34,128 nucleotides of DNA from Micrococcaceae bacterium UBA3381 (GTDB lineage: Bacteria; Actinomycetota; Actinomycetes; Actinomycetales; Micrococcaceae): positions 15,657 through 49,784 of the forward strand of contig DEPX01000059.1 of NCBI GenBank assembly GCA_002358975.1. The letters are read 5' to 3'. The translations under genes were made by a program, and so were the position numbers. The notes under the pieces were generated by a model. That model was not told the origin of the DNA. It made no database searches and saw only the letters and a program-made list of their open reading frames with translations. Of this stretch, positions 16,770 to 26,538 are shown piece by piece; positions within the stretch are counted from its first letter, which is position 1, and the number at the start of each line of letters is the position of its first letter.

Positions 16770-17402
16770 ATGCTGGACAACATCGATGTAGAAGGGCTCG
16801 GTGCACTGGACACGGTGACTGGCCAGTTGATTGGTACAGCCGTTGTCGTCCTGGTAGCAGGGCTAGGAGTAGGCGGTGCTATTGCCGGAGCTGGCAAGTC
16901 ACGCAATAAGCCAGATCTAGCAACGAAAGGCTTCATCACCATGGGTGTCGCCGTGGTCGCGGCGGTCATGCTTGGTGGTATTGGCCCAGCCGTGAATTGG
17001 GGCATGAACCGAGGGACAGACTCGCTGATGCCCGAAGCAGCTGGGCCAAGCGATGTGACTGTCGAAAAAGATGCCGCAGCGATTTCATGCGAACAAGTCA
17101 GTCGGGAACTCAATGGGGATGGTTTTGTAGACCCCAGCGATGATCCTGAACCGTTGGAGTTCGCAAGAGAGCTTGTCGGACCGGAATACGAGGATGAACC
17201 ACCGTTGGATGATCCTTGGCACAGCAATGAAGTGTCTGTGAAATCAGTGGCCTGGTACCCAGACAGCGCGGCTGGCGGATGTAGCGAACAGAACGAAACG
17301 GTAGCGGAATGCACGGAAGTAGAAGTCGAGTGGTGGTCGCGGACAAACGACGAGCCTCAATTAGACACGATTGAAATCGGTGGAGACCAGTGCGAATCAT
17401 GA
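16770..17402 (+). CDS. VirB2/TrbC-like pilin domain fused to an acidic Cys-containing C-terminal domain
   Basis: AAGGAG RBS; two hydrophobic helices around a basic loop (GKSRNKPDL); four Cys in the tail. Confidence 0.55.
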   Translation: MLDNIDVEGLGALDTVTGQLIGTAVVVLVAGLGVGGAIAGAGKSRNKPDLATKGFITMGVAVVAAVMLGGIGPAVNWGMNRGTDSLMPEAAGPSDVTVEKDAAAISCEQVSRELNGDGFVDPSDDPEPLEFARELVGPEYEDEPPLDDPWHSNEVSVKSVAWYPDSAAGGCSEQNETVAECTEVEVEWWSRTNDEPQLDTIEIGGDQCES

Positions 17403-17457
17403 CCTGGATTTAGACCGGGAATTCTATGACTAGCTGTGATGTGAAAGGAACATAATA

Positions 17458-17772
17458 ATGCTGAATCAGTTGGGTTTATCAATCATAAATACGCAGGAAT
17501 ACGGTCCGGAAAGTATTGAAGCAAGTTATGACGCACCGTGGATGCAACTGCTCAACGATGTTGGCGGGTGGATCGTGGGCACGGTCATTGTCATTGGCGT
17601 GATTTTGGTCGCGATCGCCGCCATTATTTTTGCCTCGTCGAAATCTAGTGGTGCCTCACGTGGCCAAGAAATCAGTATCACGGCGCTGTTGTGGATTGGC
17701 GCCATTATGGCGGTTGTTGGCTCGGCAGGGGGCATTATTGCTTGGGCTGCTGGTCTCGACCTCGGGTTCTGA
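17458..17772 (+). CDS. VirB2/TrbC-like small pilin
   Basis: AAAGGA RBS; 104 aa, two hydrophobic helices with a SSKSSG loop; precedes the VirB6-like gene. Confidence 0.6.
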   Translation: MLNQLGLSIINTQEYGPESIEASYDAPWMQLLNDVGGWIVGTVIVIGVILVAIAAIIFASSKSSGASRGQEISITALLWIGAIMAVVGSAGGIIAWAAGLDLGF

Positions 17773-17833
17773 CACCAAAGTTGAACACTACAGAACGATC
17801 CGACGTCAGTGATGACTCGATCTGTGGAAGGAG

Positions 17834-18886
17834 GTGACGGCAGCTTCTATGTTTGATGATGCGATGGAGTCTTTGTGGGAGTTTTTGTGGCAAGGGCTTG
17901 AAGGAATAGCAGCGGGACTATGGAGCCTGTTGACGGGCGCTTTTGAAGCCGGTGACATGGATGAATCATGGTGGGCTTCGGTCGTTGGCGGCACTATTAC
18001 CTATGACCAGAGTGGGACAACTACGGTCGTGGAGCATCCGGGCATGTTGAACGTAGTGGTGTTAGCGACAATCCCGATGCTGTTGATCTATTTCGCGATT
18101 CAATGCATTATCTCGCTGTTTCGTAGTTCAACGGCTGGGTTGATTCGCGGTTTCGGTGTCGCAGTCTTTTCCATACCGACGGTGTACATCATGACTGGAC
18201 TTGTGTGGACTGTCGTCCAAGGGGTTGATCAACTAACTCGGGGCATTCTCAATATCGGTATGGAAGGCGATGAAGGCTCACAAGGTGTGGCTGGTGTCGC
18301 TTCCATGTTCGGGGTGGTGTACGACCCCGAATCCGACTCCGTAGCCCTTGACGAAAACTTTGTGCAGTGGGAACAGGCAGCAAACCAAGGCGAGCCAGGT
18401 CATATTATTCTCCCGCTGATCATCTTGGCCGTGACCTTTCTTTGCGTCATGTTTTTGTCGCTGATGATGACGTTTCGGACCGTGGCCGTTATTGTGCTGA
18501 CGGTCTTTGGGCCAATTGCCATTTATTCCTTGACACTGGAACCGGCCAAGGCGGCCTTTAGCAAGTGGGTATCTGTGCTGTTGGGACTCATTCTGGCGAA
18601 ACCGGCGGCGGCGGTCATCGTCAAAGTTGGGATGACGATGTCCCAAACCGCGGATGACTGGACACAAATGGTTGCTGGCATCTGCCTTGTGCTGGTGGCT
18701 GCGTTGGCCCCGGTGGCAACGTTGATGTTTATTAGCTTCTTTACCGGTGGCGGTTCTGAGCCATTGGAGCGGGCCGCGCTTGGTGGTGGTGGCCGCGTAG
18801 GCCGAGGTACCACTCGTGCACTGTCTGGTTCAGCCCGACAAGCATCCAGAGTGGGACGAACGCTCAGTCGGGGCATGAGGAGATAA
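17834..18886 (+). CDS. VirB6/TrbL-like polytopic membrane protein
   Basis: Multiple TM segments, FRTVAVIVLTVFGPIA, KW...LILAKP, Gly/Arg-rich tail. Confidence 0.75.
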   Translation: MTAASMFDDAMESLWEFLWQGLEGIAAGLWSLLTGAFEAGDMDESWWASVVGGTITYDQSGTTTVVEHPGMLNVVVLATIPMLLIYFAIQCIISLFRSSTAGLIRGFGVAVFSIPTVYIMTGLVWTVVQGVDQLTRGILNIGMEGDEGSQGVAGVASMFGVVYDPESDSVALDENFVQWEQAANQGEPGHIILPLIILAVTFLCVMFLSLMMTFRTVAVIVLTVFGPIAIYSLTLEPAKAAFSKWVSVLLGLILAKPAAAVIVKVGMTMSQTADDWTQMVAGICLVLVAALAPVATLMFISFFTGGGSEPLERAALGGGGRVGRGTTRALSGSARQASRVGRTLSRGMRR

Positions 18887-18907
18887 GGCGAAACAGTAGG
18901 TGAAACT

Positions 18908-20500
18908 ATGACACAAAATCTTCAAGAATCGGAATGGGACGGCACCCGATTTGGGCGCGAACAGACAACCGGAGTGATGCTGGGGTTGGGATGGCCACAG
19001 GTCATCTTTCTCAGTGTTGGCGCGGTGCTGATGTTGCTTTGGATGCTACTGCTACCTGCACCAGTCAGTGTGATCTTCGCGGTGCTGACTGCTGGCATTT
19101 TTGCCGGCCTGGGACTGCCGAAACGACATGGCATGCCGCTGGTGGTCTATCTGTGGCATGTGGTCCGGTACGGCAAGCGTGGCGCTACTGATCAGCTGCG
19201 GTATGTGCAAAGTGACGATGCTGAGGTGTTGGCATTGTCCGATGAGCCGCCATCGAATCGAGTGCTCGGTGTTGATGGCGAGGACGCCGACACTGCAGAT
19301 GAGGACGGTCGTGACGCAAAGGGTCGTATTATTCCTGGGACGCCACAACGGTTTGTTTTACCGGGTGAAGCCCATGAGTTGTTGGCCTACACGTTGCCTG
19401 AGGGGGCTGGTGTGGTCTATAACCCCCGGCGTGGTGAAGCGATGGTGGTTGCGAAGATTCGTACGACCAAGGGTTTTGATCTTGAATCATTTGAAGCACA
19501 AGAAGATCGCACGACAGGGTGGCGTGAAGCAATATCAGCGATGATGCGAACTGAAGGTGTGGTACGGGTTCAGGCCACCGATCAGACCACGCTGATTTCT
19601 AGTCAATCGGTCAAATCGTGGTACGAGCAGCGGTCGAGTGTGGCCGGTGCGGGCGATGACATTGACCCGTTTTTACATTCGTCATTTCTTGATCTGATGG
19701 ATCAAGCCCAGGATATGCCAGTCCATGAAAATTGGTTAACCATTGTGGTGGCACGCAATAAAGTTCCACATCGTATTCGCGCCAACGGTGGTGGTGTTCC
19801 TGGGTTGCTGCAATTGATGATCTCGGTAATGGGCACGGTCGAAGCTACCATGTTGCGTTCAGGAGCACGTGTCGACGCTTGGCATTCGGCACGGTCTATA
19901 GCTGGCCTGTCTCGGTCGGCGTTTGATCCTGGATCATCGGTACAGATTTCTGAGCGGTCGGGTGACTGGGTTGGAGCGGCCCCACATTCGGCTGGGCCAA
20001 TGGCGATGGAAGTGTTCAAAGACCGGGTGACCACTGACGGGTTTTGGCATCGTACATATAAAGTCTCGGAGTTTCCGCAAAAACAAGCCAGGTTTGGGTT
20101 TTTGGATGCCTTGGTATTTGCTGGCGATTTTCGGCATACCGTGAGCGTTTATTATGCGCCAGGGCAGCCACGCAAGGCGCTGAAGAAACTCCAGAAGCGC
20201 AAGGCCGATCATCGGTCGACGTCGAATATGTTGAAGCGGATGCAAAAGGAACCCTCGCTTGAGCACATTCGTGAGCGTGAAGACATGGATGCTGAAGAAG
20301 ATGACTTAGTTGCTGGGCATGCACCTGTTCAATTATCGGTGCTGATTACGGTCACCGGTGGCGACCCGATGGAGTTGGAAGCAAATTGTGACCGGCTTTT
20401 GCAGCGAGCTGTGGAGTCAAGTTGTGAGCTACGCCCGCTGATGTTGGAACAAGATACTGGGTTTCTTGCGGCTGCACTGCCGTTTGCTTGGGCCGATTAG
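18908..20500 (+). CDS. PrgI/VirB3-like (SCO6880-family) conjugation protein
   Basis: TRFGREQTTGVMLGLGW N-terminus, TDGFWHRTY..SEFP, C-terminal ELRPL..EQDTGFLAAALP. Confidence 0.78.
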   Translation: MTQNLQESEWDGTRFGREQTTGVMLGLGWPQVIFLSVGAVLMLLWMLLLPAPVSVIFAVLTAGIFAGLGLPKRHGMPLVVYLWHVVRYGKRGATDQLRYVQSDDAEVLALSDEPPSNRVLGVDGEDADTADEDGRDAKGRIIPGTPQRFVLPGEAHELLAYTLPEGAGVVYNPRRGEAMVVAKIRTTKGFDLESFEAQEDRTTGWREAISAMMRTEGVVRVQATDQTTLISSQSVKSWYEQRSSVAGAGDDIDPFLHSSFLDLMDQAQDMPVHENWLTIVVARNKVPHRIRANGGGVPGLLQLMISVMGTVEATMLRSGARVDAWHSARSIAGLSRSAFDPGSSVQISERSGDWVGAAPHSAGPMAMEVFKDRVTTDGFWHRTYKVSEFPQKQARFGFLDALVFAGDFRHTVSVYYAPGQPRKALKKLQKRKADHRSTSNMLKRMQKEPSLEHIREREDMDAEEDDLVAGHAPVQLSVLITVTGGDPMELEANCDRLLQRAVESSCELRPLMLEQDTGFLAAALPFAWAD

Positions 20501-20519
20501 AGCACTGGAAGGATTGAGC

Positions 20520-22049
20520 ATGGCTGTCGTTAAGTCGAAGAGTACATCGGAGAAGTCCTACACCTACTTTGGGGTGATCCCCAATACACGCAGGGAGCGA
20601 AGGAATCTCAAGAAACAGTGGAAAGCACTGGTAAAAGAACACCAGGTTGCCGATGCTGCTGACGCTGCGCAAATGCAAGAAGTGTTTCCTCGGATGCAAT
20701 ACGGGGCTGGCGGACCAAATAGACAACAGTCAATGCGTGGTACCAAACGTATTCGGGTGCAGAAAATTCCCACCTCTGCTCATGCTTCGGCAACATCATT
20801 TCCATATGTTGCCGGTCCTTCGTTGGGTGCAGATGGAGTATATATCGGCACTGACCAAAACGGTGGTGGGGCATTCACCTTCGACCCCTGGGAACTGTAT
20901 GCACGCGGGATTATTTCTGGGATGTCGATGATGTTGTTCGGAACAGTCGGAACAGGCAAATCGTCGTTAGCGAAGTCGTATGTGCTCCGATCAGTGAAGG
21001 CTGGCCGGAAAGCATCAGTGGCATCGGATTCAAAAGGGGAATGGACTGTTGTTGCTCGCGCGGTCGGCGGGTCGGTAATTCAGGTTGGTCCCGGGATGGA
21101 TACTCGGATGAATCCCCTTGACGAGGGCACACGGCCTTCGACCGACCCTTCGGGCAAAGTCTTGGATGATCAGTCTTGGGCGGCTATGGTCCGCACGCGA
21201 CGGATGGCCATTTTGGGAACACTGGGTCATATTTTGGCCAATCGACAGCTTGATCCTACAGAACGACACGTGTTGTCGCGTGCCTTAGACGATGCGGTTG
21301 CGGCCAGTAAGCAACAGCAACGTCAGGTCGTCATTCCTGATGTGATTGATGCACTGGATGCGATGCGTCAAGTTGCGCCCGAGATGGAGGCACAAGCCGC
21401 TGCGGTGGTGGCGATGGTCTTGCATCGTGTGACGGATGGTGACCTTGAAGGCATGTTTGATGGTGAAACCACAGCACAGTTTGATGCTGATGCGCCGATG
21501 GTGTCTATTGATACTTCAGCGTTAAAAGGTGCTTCACCGGAAGCTGCGCGGGTTGCCAATGCCTGTACTGGGGCATGGACAGAAGCGATGATTACCAATG
21601 CGGATTCGGGTCAGCGGATTGTGGTGTATGAGGAAGGTTGGGACAACATCTCCTCGGAAGCTGATTTACAGCGCATGGTCGAGTCGTGGAAACTCGCCCG
21701 AGCTTATGGGATTTTCAATATTCTTATTTTGCATAAATTGGCGGATTTGGAAATGTCTGGTGATAAAGGTTCGCGGATGGAAGCCATGGCGAAAAGCCTG
21801 TTGGCTGATGCTGACGTGAAAGTCATTTATCGACAAGATGCTTCGGCTTTGCGCGTCACGATGGACGAGTTGGACTTGTCTGATCGGGAACGTGGGGTGC
21901 TGAAACAGTTGAAAAAGGGTGTGGGTTTGTGGCGGCTTGGTGATGCCAGTTTCCAAGTAGATAACGAGCTGACAGCCGATGAAATGCGACTGACGCATAC
22001 TGATGAGAAATTGATTGAAGCAAAACCGCAGCAGGAGGTGGCAGCATGA
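20520..22049 (+). CDS. virB4: VirB4-like ATPase
   Basis: FTFDPWELY, Walker A GTVGTGKS, DSKGEW, MNPLD, VVYEEGW, KLARAYGI; ATG 20520 follows a GAAGGA RBS. Confidence 0.85.
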   Translation: MAVVKSKSTSEKSYTYFGVIPNTRRERRNLKKQWKALVKEHQVADAADAAQMQEVFPRMQYGAGGPNRQQSMRGTKRIRVQKIPTSAHASATSFPYVAGPSLGADGVYIGTDQNGGGAFTFDPWELYARGIISGMSMMLFGTVGTGKSSLAKSYVLRSVKAGRKASVASDSKGEWTVVARAVGGSVIQVGPGMDTRMNPLDEGTRPSTDPSGKVLDDQSWAAMVRTRRMAILGTLGHILANRQLDPTERHVLSRALDDAVAASKQQQRQVVIPDVIDALDAMRQVAPEMEAQAAAVVAMVLHRVTDGDLEGMFDGETTAQFDADAPMVSIDTSALKGASPEAARVANACTGAWTEAMITNADSGQRIVVYEEGWDNISSEADLQRMVESWKLARAYGIFNILILHKLADLEMSGDKGSRMEAMAKSLLADADVKVIYRQDASALRVTMDELDLSDRERGVLKQLKKGVGLWRLGDASFQVDNELTADEMRLTHTDEKLIEAKPQQEVAA

Positions 22050-23959
22050 GCACACAACAGATACAACGTGAAGGCCCAACGACCAATTGGCTGGGCGTGA
22101 TCATTGTTGTCGCGATATTTGGGGCCTACGGTCTGTACGTGCTGACCGGTCTCAGTGTGAACCGGATCGTCTGTGGTGAAAGTAGCCTTCCGGAATCTGT
22201 GCTTGCTCCCGTTGGGTTCTTTTTTACCGGGGATACAAGCGTTTTTGGAACAGCCAACGGTTGTTCAGCGGAAACCTCTACAACGGTGGTTGCACTGATT
22301 GCTGTCTTCGTTGTTGGCCTGGTGATCACGTTTACCCTGCTTCGGTGGCGGCATCGGTATCTCCAATCAGATAGGGCGTTTTTGAAGATGCTGCGACGTC
22401 GCGAAGGACTTGCTCGGAATCATGAAGTCAAAAAGATGGTTGGCACCAAGGCAACGAAAGCTCGTGTCAAAAAGGTCCGGCCCACGCTGAAACACCCGAA
22501 ACCCGAACAAGGGGCTTTACTGTTGGGTGAATCGGAAGGATCGAATGTGTGGTCTTCACTGGAAGAATCCATTTGTTTGATTGGTCCGCCACGTTCGGGC
22601 AAAGGGCTGCATTTGCTCGTTGGTGCCATTCTTGACGCACCAGGGCCAGTGATTTCTACTTCCTCACGTGCCGACAACTACGCGATGACCAAAGATATTC
22701 GTGAACGCAACAATGGCCCCGTCACATTGTTTGACCCACAAGGGTTGACCGGCCATGCATCGACGCTGAAATGGTCACCAATTACCGGCTGTGATGTGCC
22801 CCAGGTGGCAGACCAACGGGCAACATCATTGATCGAGTCATCTGGATTGGACGGAACATCGTCGAATAGTGAGTGGAAAAACCCAGCGGTGTTGATTATG
22901 GAATGTTTACTGCATGCTGCTGCATTGGACGGCCGCAGCGTGGATGATTTGATGCGGTGGGGCACGAACCCTGCAGAAGCCAAAGACGCCGTCAATATCC
23001 TTGCGGAACATCCCAAAGCGGCAAAAGGCTGGCATTTGACGTTGCAGGGCATCATCGATGGTGACCCAAAATTGCTACAAAATAAATGGTTTGGTGTCGA
23101 AAGCGCGGTCAAAGGGCTGGTTGTCCCAGAAGTCCGTGAAGTCATGAAACCCGAGGGTGCTGCCGAAACGTTCAACATTGACGAATTTATCGAACAATGT
23201 GGCACGTTATACATCATTGGCACGAAAGCCGGTGGATCGTCGGCAGGACCATTCTTGATTGCCATGATGGACGCTATTACCCAGCGTGGCCGCGAGATTG
23301 CCGCAAAACGCAAAGGAAACCGCTTAGACCCGCCAATGTCCTTGGTTTTAGATGAGATTGCCAATATCTCGGGTGCATGGCCAGGGCTGGTCACCTTGAT
23401 GGCCGATGGTGGTGGTGTCGGTATCTCGCCATTTGCGGTATTCCAATCGATGGCGCAGTGTCGCAACGAGTGGGGAGAACAAGCCGCATCGGCATTATTC
23501 GACGCTGCCACGGTCAAAATGCAACTGGGCGGGGCATCGAATACCCAGGATTTGGAAGTGTTTGCCAAATTGGCAGGGCAACGCAAAGTCGTCCGGGCTT
23601 CCCAATCCTATGGGGGTGGCTATAACGGTGGTTCATCATTTTCCGATCAAGTACAAAACGAAGACGTGTTCTCGGTAGATGAGTTGCGACGGTTGCCCTT
23701 CGGGTGGGGAATTTTGCTCAATCGCAATGGTCGCCCAGTACTGATGGAGATGTGCAAATGGCCAGACCGCCGAGACGCGAAAGCTATCTCAGCATCAGCT
23801 GGGAACTACTCGAAGGCGCTGCAGGAAGAATTGGAATCTGGCGAAGATGTGTTGTCGTCCATCTCGACAGCCAGTGATCGACCAGATAATGACGATCCTG
23901 ATGGTCCAGCTGCGGAGAATCCCGTACCTGATGCATTAGCTGATATTCCTGTGCGGTGA
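22046..23959 (+). CDS. virD4: VirD4/TraG-like type IV coupling protein
   Basis: Two N-terminal TM segments, Walker A GPPRSGKG, LFDPQG, WSPITGC, Walker B LVLDEIANI, VFQSMAQ. Confidence 0.88.
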   Translation: MSTQQIQREGPTTNWLGVIIVVAIFGAYGLYVLTGLSVNRIVCGESSLPESVLAPVGFFFTGDTSVFGTANGCSAETSTTVVALIAVFVVGLVITFTLLRWRHRYLQSDRAFLKMLRRREGLARNHEVKKMVGTKATKARVKKVRPTLKHPKPEQGALLLGESEGSNVWSSLEESICLIGPPRSGKGLHLLVGAILDAPGPVISTSSRADNYAMTKDIRERNNGPVTLFDPQGLTGHASTLKWSPITGCDVPQVADQRATSLIESSGLDGTSSNSEWKNPAVLIMECLLHAAALDGRSVDDLMRWGTNPAEAKDAVNILAEHPKAAKGWHLTLQGIIDGDPKLLQNKWFGVESAVKGLVVPEVREVMKPEGAAETFNIDEFIEQCGTLYIIGTKAGGSSAGPFLIAMMDAITQRGREIAAKRKGNRLDPPMSLVLDEIANISGAWPGLVTLMADGGGVGISPFAVFQSMAQCRNEWGEQAASALFDAATVKMQLGGASNTQDLEVFAKLAGQRKVVRASQSYGGGYNGGSSFSDQVQNEDVFSVDELRRLPFGWGILLNRNGRPVLMEMCKWPDRRDAKAISASAGNYSKALQEELESGEDVLSSISTASDRPDNDDPDGPAAENPVPDALADIPVR

Positions 23960-24375
23960 AGGTTGTGTCACGAAATGGACTCAACAGAACGGGGAACAAG
24001 CAGTATCGTCGCTATCTTCGCTCTCAACAGTGGGGGTTTCGGCGAGTGCGCTGGTTCCGTGATTGCCGAGCACGAGGATACGAACCAGCCTGTCAGGTCT
24101 GTGGCGTGACCCTGGTGGACGGTGACAGCCTGGACTTGCACCATGTGTCATATGAGGGCGTGTCGTGGGATGACACAACGCAACAGTGGGTGGCCAGAGA
24201 AGCAGACGAGGATCTGATGCCGATGTGTCGTGAGCATCACCAGCAACTCCATCGCATTATGGATGGCCGTAAGGAATTTTATGGTTGGGATCGTCGTCGG
24301 GCCAGTGTGGTGATCATCGCGCGGTTGATCACATGGCAACAAGCAAAGACGCAACCGTCAGGAAGGCAAGGATGA
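23956..24375 (+). CDS. HNH-type nuclease-like protein
   Basis: YLRSQQW, CQVCG, LDLHHVSY, DLMPMCREHHQQLH; GTGA overlap with virD4. Confidence 0.72.
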   Translation: MKVVSRNGLNRTGNKQYRRYLRSQQWGFRRVRWFRDCRARGYEPACQVCGVTLVDGDSLDLHHVSYEGVSWDDTTQQWVAREADEDLMPMCREHHQQLHRIMDGRKEFYGWDRRRASVVIIARLITWQQAKTQPSGRQG

Positions 24376-24710
24376 CACCAGAATCTAGTCGTGACGTGCT
24401 CAACGGCAACTGGTCGGATCATGAAGCACCGATTGATGATTGTCAGATATGTCAGCGGTTTCAACCATTGGTATGGCACTGCACCCAGTCCTCAGCGATT
24501 GATCGTGCCAAGTGCCGTCAGATGCCAGGTTCCGGACTGTGGGTGTGCTCGTTGTGTGAGGAAGCACTTCACCGATGGATGCGACAACACCCGAGTGAAC
24601 AGGCATCAGAGGTAGCCGTGACCGCCTTGTTGGATCGCTTGACGGAACGGTTACTTGGACCACGACGGAAATACCGGAAGCGTAGGGGAGATGAACAGTA
24701 TGACGAATGA
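24372..24710 (+). CDS. Cys-rich hypothetical protein (possible Zn finger)
   Basis: ATGA overlap with the HNH gene; CQIC, C..C, CSLC. Confidence 0.6.
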   Translation: MTPESSRDVLNGNWSDHEAPIDDCQICQRFQPLVWHCTQSSAIDRAKCRQMPGSGLWVCSLCEEALHRWMRQHPSEQASEVAVTALLDRLTERLLGPRRKYRKRRGDEQYDE

Positions 24711-25590
24711 GCGAAACACGTGGCTATCTGATGAAGACATGGAGGAATTTGATTCCTGGGCTGATGATGTCCTAGCAGACGAGCCAGAACCTGCAACCAC
24801 TTCCTCCGCTGATGGGGCATCGTCAACGCCATTACCTGAATATCTCGATCCCGGGGTAGCCGAAGAATTGGCCGGCGAGATGGTACCGGTCTGGTTTGGT
24901 ACGCGGTGGCGAGATATTCCCGTTGAGGACCAACCGGAGGCGTGGAATGGTCTACGGCAGTGGGTTGACTGGCTGGTCAAAGAGTATCGACTCCCCACGG
25001 CCGTGGTCCCGCCTTGCTGGTATCGGCACACTGACGTTGTGGCCGAATTGTATGCGGCGATGTGTATGGAATATAAAGTCTGGGAAGAAGGCGAACCAGG
25101 ACTGAATCCGATGATGTTCTGGCATCCTAACCTCCAGCAAATGATTTTTCGGCTCCGAGAAGCTGTCACAAACGCCGGGTGTGTGGGGAATGGGGCACAT
25201 AAAGAACCGTTGGCGGTAGACGGTCATGAGCCTTTCCAGCTGGATTACGACGAAGATGATTGGTTCCAGCACGTCAACAAAGTTACCGCAACACAACGCA
25301 TCGAACGGCCTGATGCAGGTGTGGTGTATGTGCGAGCCGGACTTGTGGACAGCAACGGGGAGATGTTTGCTTATTCCTCGCCAGTGGGAGTCGGACAGCG
25401 AAGTGTCATGCCAGAGTCTGCTGTGGATATCCAGTACTTGTCCACAGATAGTGACTACAACGTGTTGCAGGCCAACTGGCAACACTATCGTCAGGACTGT
25501 GAACTCATGTGGGAAGTCTCTACTGATGGGGCGTCCTGGATTGACGTTGATGAATGGGACAGCGAGGAGCAAAGTGATGACGACCACTGA
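24700..25590 (+). CDS. Conjugative-element hypothetical protein (DUF4913-like Trp-rich domain)
   Basis: GGGGAG RBS; WNGLRQWVDWL..Y..VPPCWYRH..VVAEL motif recalled from actinobacterial transfer regions. Confidence 0.65.
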   Translation: MTNERNTWLSDEDMEEFDSWADDVLADEPEPATTSSADGASSTPLPEYLDPGVAEELAGEMVPVWFGTRWRDIPVEDQPEAWNGLRQWVDWLVKEYRLPTAVVPPCWYRHTDVVAELYAAMCMEYKVWEEGEPGLNPMMFWHPNLQQMIFRLREAVTNAGCVGNGAHKEPLAVDGHEPFQLDYDEDDWFQHVNKVTATQRIERPDAGVVYVRAGLVDSNGEMFAYSSPVGVGQRSVMPESAVDIQYLSTDSDYNVLQANWQHYRQDCELMWEVSTDGASWIDVDEWDSEEQSDDDH

Positions 25591-26221
25591 CACGATTCGA
25601 GTAGATGATCTCAAGGCTGCGTTGGAATGGTTGAAGTGGGTGGCAGGTGTCGATGACGATTACTTGGCCCGGTGGGATGTAGCTGAATGGGCACAATGGT
25701 ATCGGGCGATGGATGCCTCAATCGGAGATGCTGTAAATCCATGTGTACCGTCTTGGATAAACGACATCATCCGAGACGATTGGTCACGTGATTGGTCTGC
25801 ACCATGGCCAAGCATCGGACAACTTTGGCCTACCGCGCATGATTGGTTTGTCGCTGCAGCAAATCATGATGATTTTGTCTTGAAGGTGGCAGAAGCGGAT
25901 CAGGACGGTGAACATCATGTTCCACACCTGGGCCAGCTGGACAAAGCGTGGTGGGTTGCACATGAAACCGTTGGCGCAGCAGGATTGTTGCAAATCGATC
26001 TACTCCCTCCAGCCCCTGGGACAGATGTCATCATCGGAGAGATCAGTGCCTTTTATGTCGTAGTGAATGGAGAGCAGGACAAATTAACGCAGGAGCTTCA
26101 CCAGTTATTGGGGAAATCAACTGGTGTGGACGCATCCACGGTCAACACTTGGGCTTCAAAAGCATGGTTGCCTCCCACCGATCAAACTCGGATCGGGTAT
26201 CAATGGAACTGGACGGAATAA
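25577..26221 (+). CDS. Trp-rich hypothetical protein
   Basis: GAGGAG RBS, overlaps the upstream stop; the longer ORF-track start is unlikely. Confidence 0.6.
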   Translation: MTTTDTIRVDDLKAALEWLKWVAGVDDDYLARWDVAEWAQWYRAMDASIGDAVNPCVPSWINDIIRDDWSRDWSAPWPSIGQLWPTAHDWFVAAANHDDFVLKVAEADQDGEHHVPHLGQLDKAWWVAHETVGAAGLLQIDLLPPAPGTDVIIGEISAFYVVVNGEQDKLTQELHQLLGKSTGVDASTVNTWASKAWLPPTDQTRIGYQWNWTE

Positions 26222-26249
26222 AGCACACAAAACATTTGGAGGAGCGTCC

Positions 26250-26531
26250 ATGAATATCCGTGAGTACATCAGCTCACATAGTGAACTATCCGAAGCATCC
26301 ATTCACGACCCTGGCGATGAATCCCTATCAAGTGGGCAAAAGGCTCTGGCGCAGATCACCCACGTTATTGCTGAACACGCTGACAGATTAGACGGCGCGC
26401 AGCTTGAAGGCTTGGTGGCCGCGCTTAGTGCATATAGGGATGATGTGCAACATCAAGAAAGTGCTGCTTGGGCTATCTTGAACAGCGGACAATGGAATGA
26501 TTTACAGACGAATGCGGCGCGAGAAGAATAA
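26250..26531 (+). CDS. Hypothetical protein
   Basis: GGAGGAG RBS before ATG 26250; 93 aa. Confidence 0.6.
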   Translation: MNIREYISSHSELSEASIHDPGDESLSSGQKALAQITHVIAEHADRLDGAQLEGLVAALSAYRDDVQHQESAAWAILNSGQWNDLQTNAAREE

Positions 26532-26538
26532 GTATATT

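Noticed and set aside
22678..23586. 302-aa minus-strand ORF
   Set aside because: Antisense shadow of virD4 with no recognisable motifs
24952..25614. 220-aa minus-strand ORF and the long 5' extension of ORF 25226
   Set aside because: They overlap the better supported 24700-25590 gene; an RBS supports a start at 25574/25577 instead
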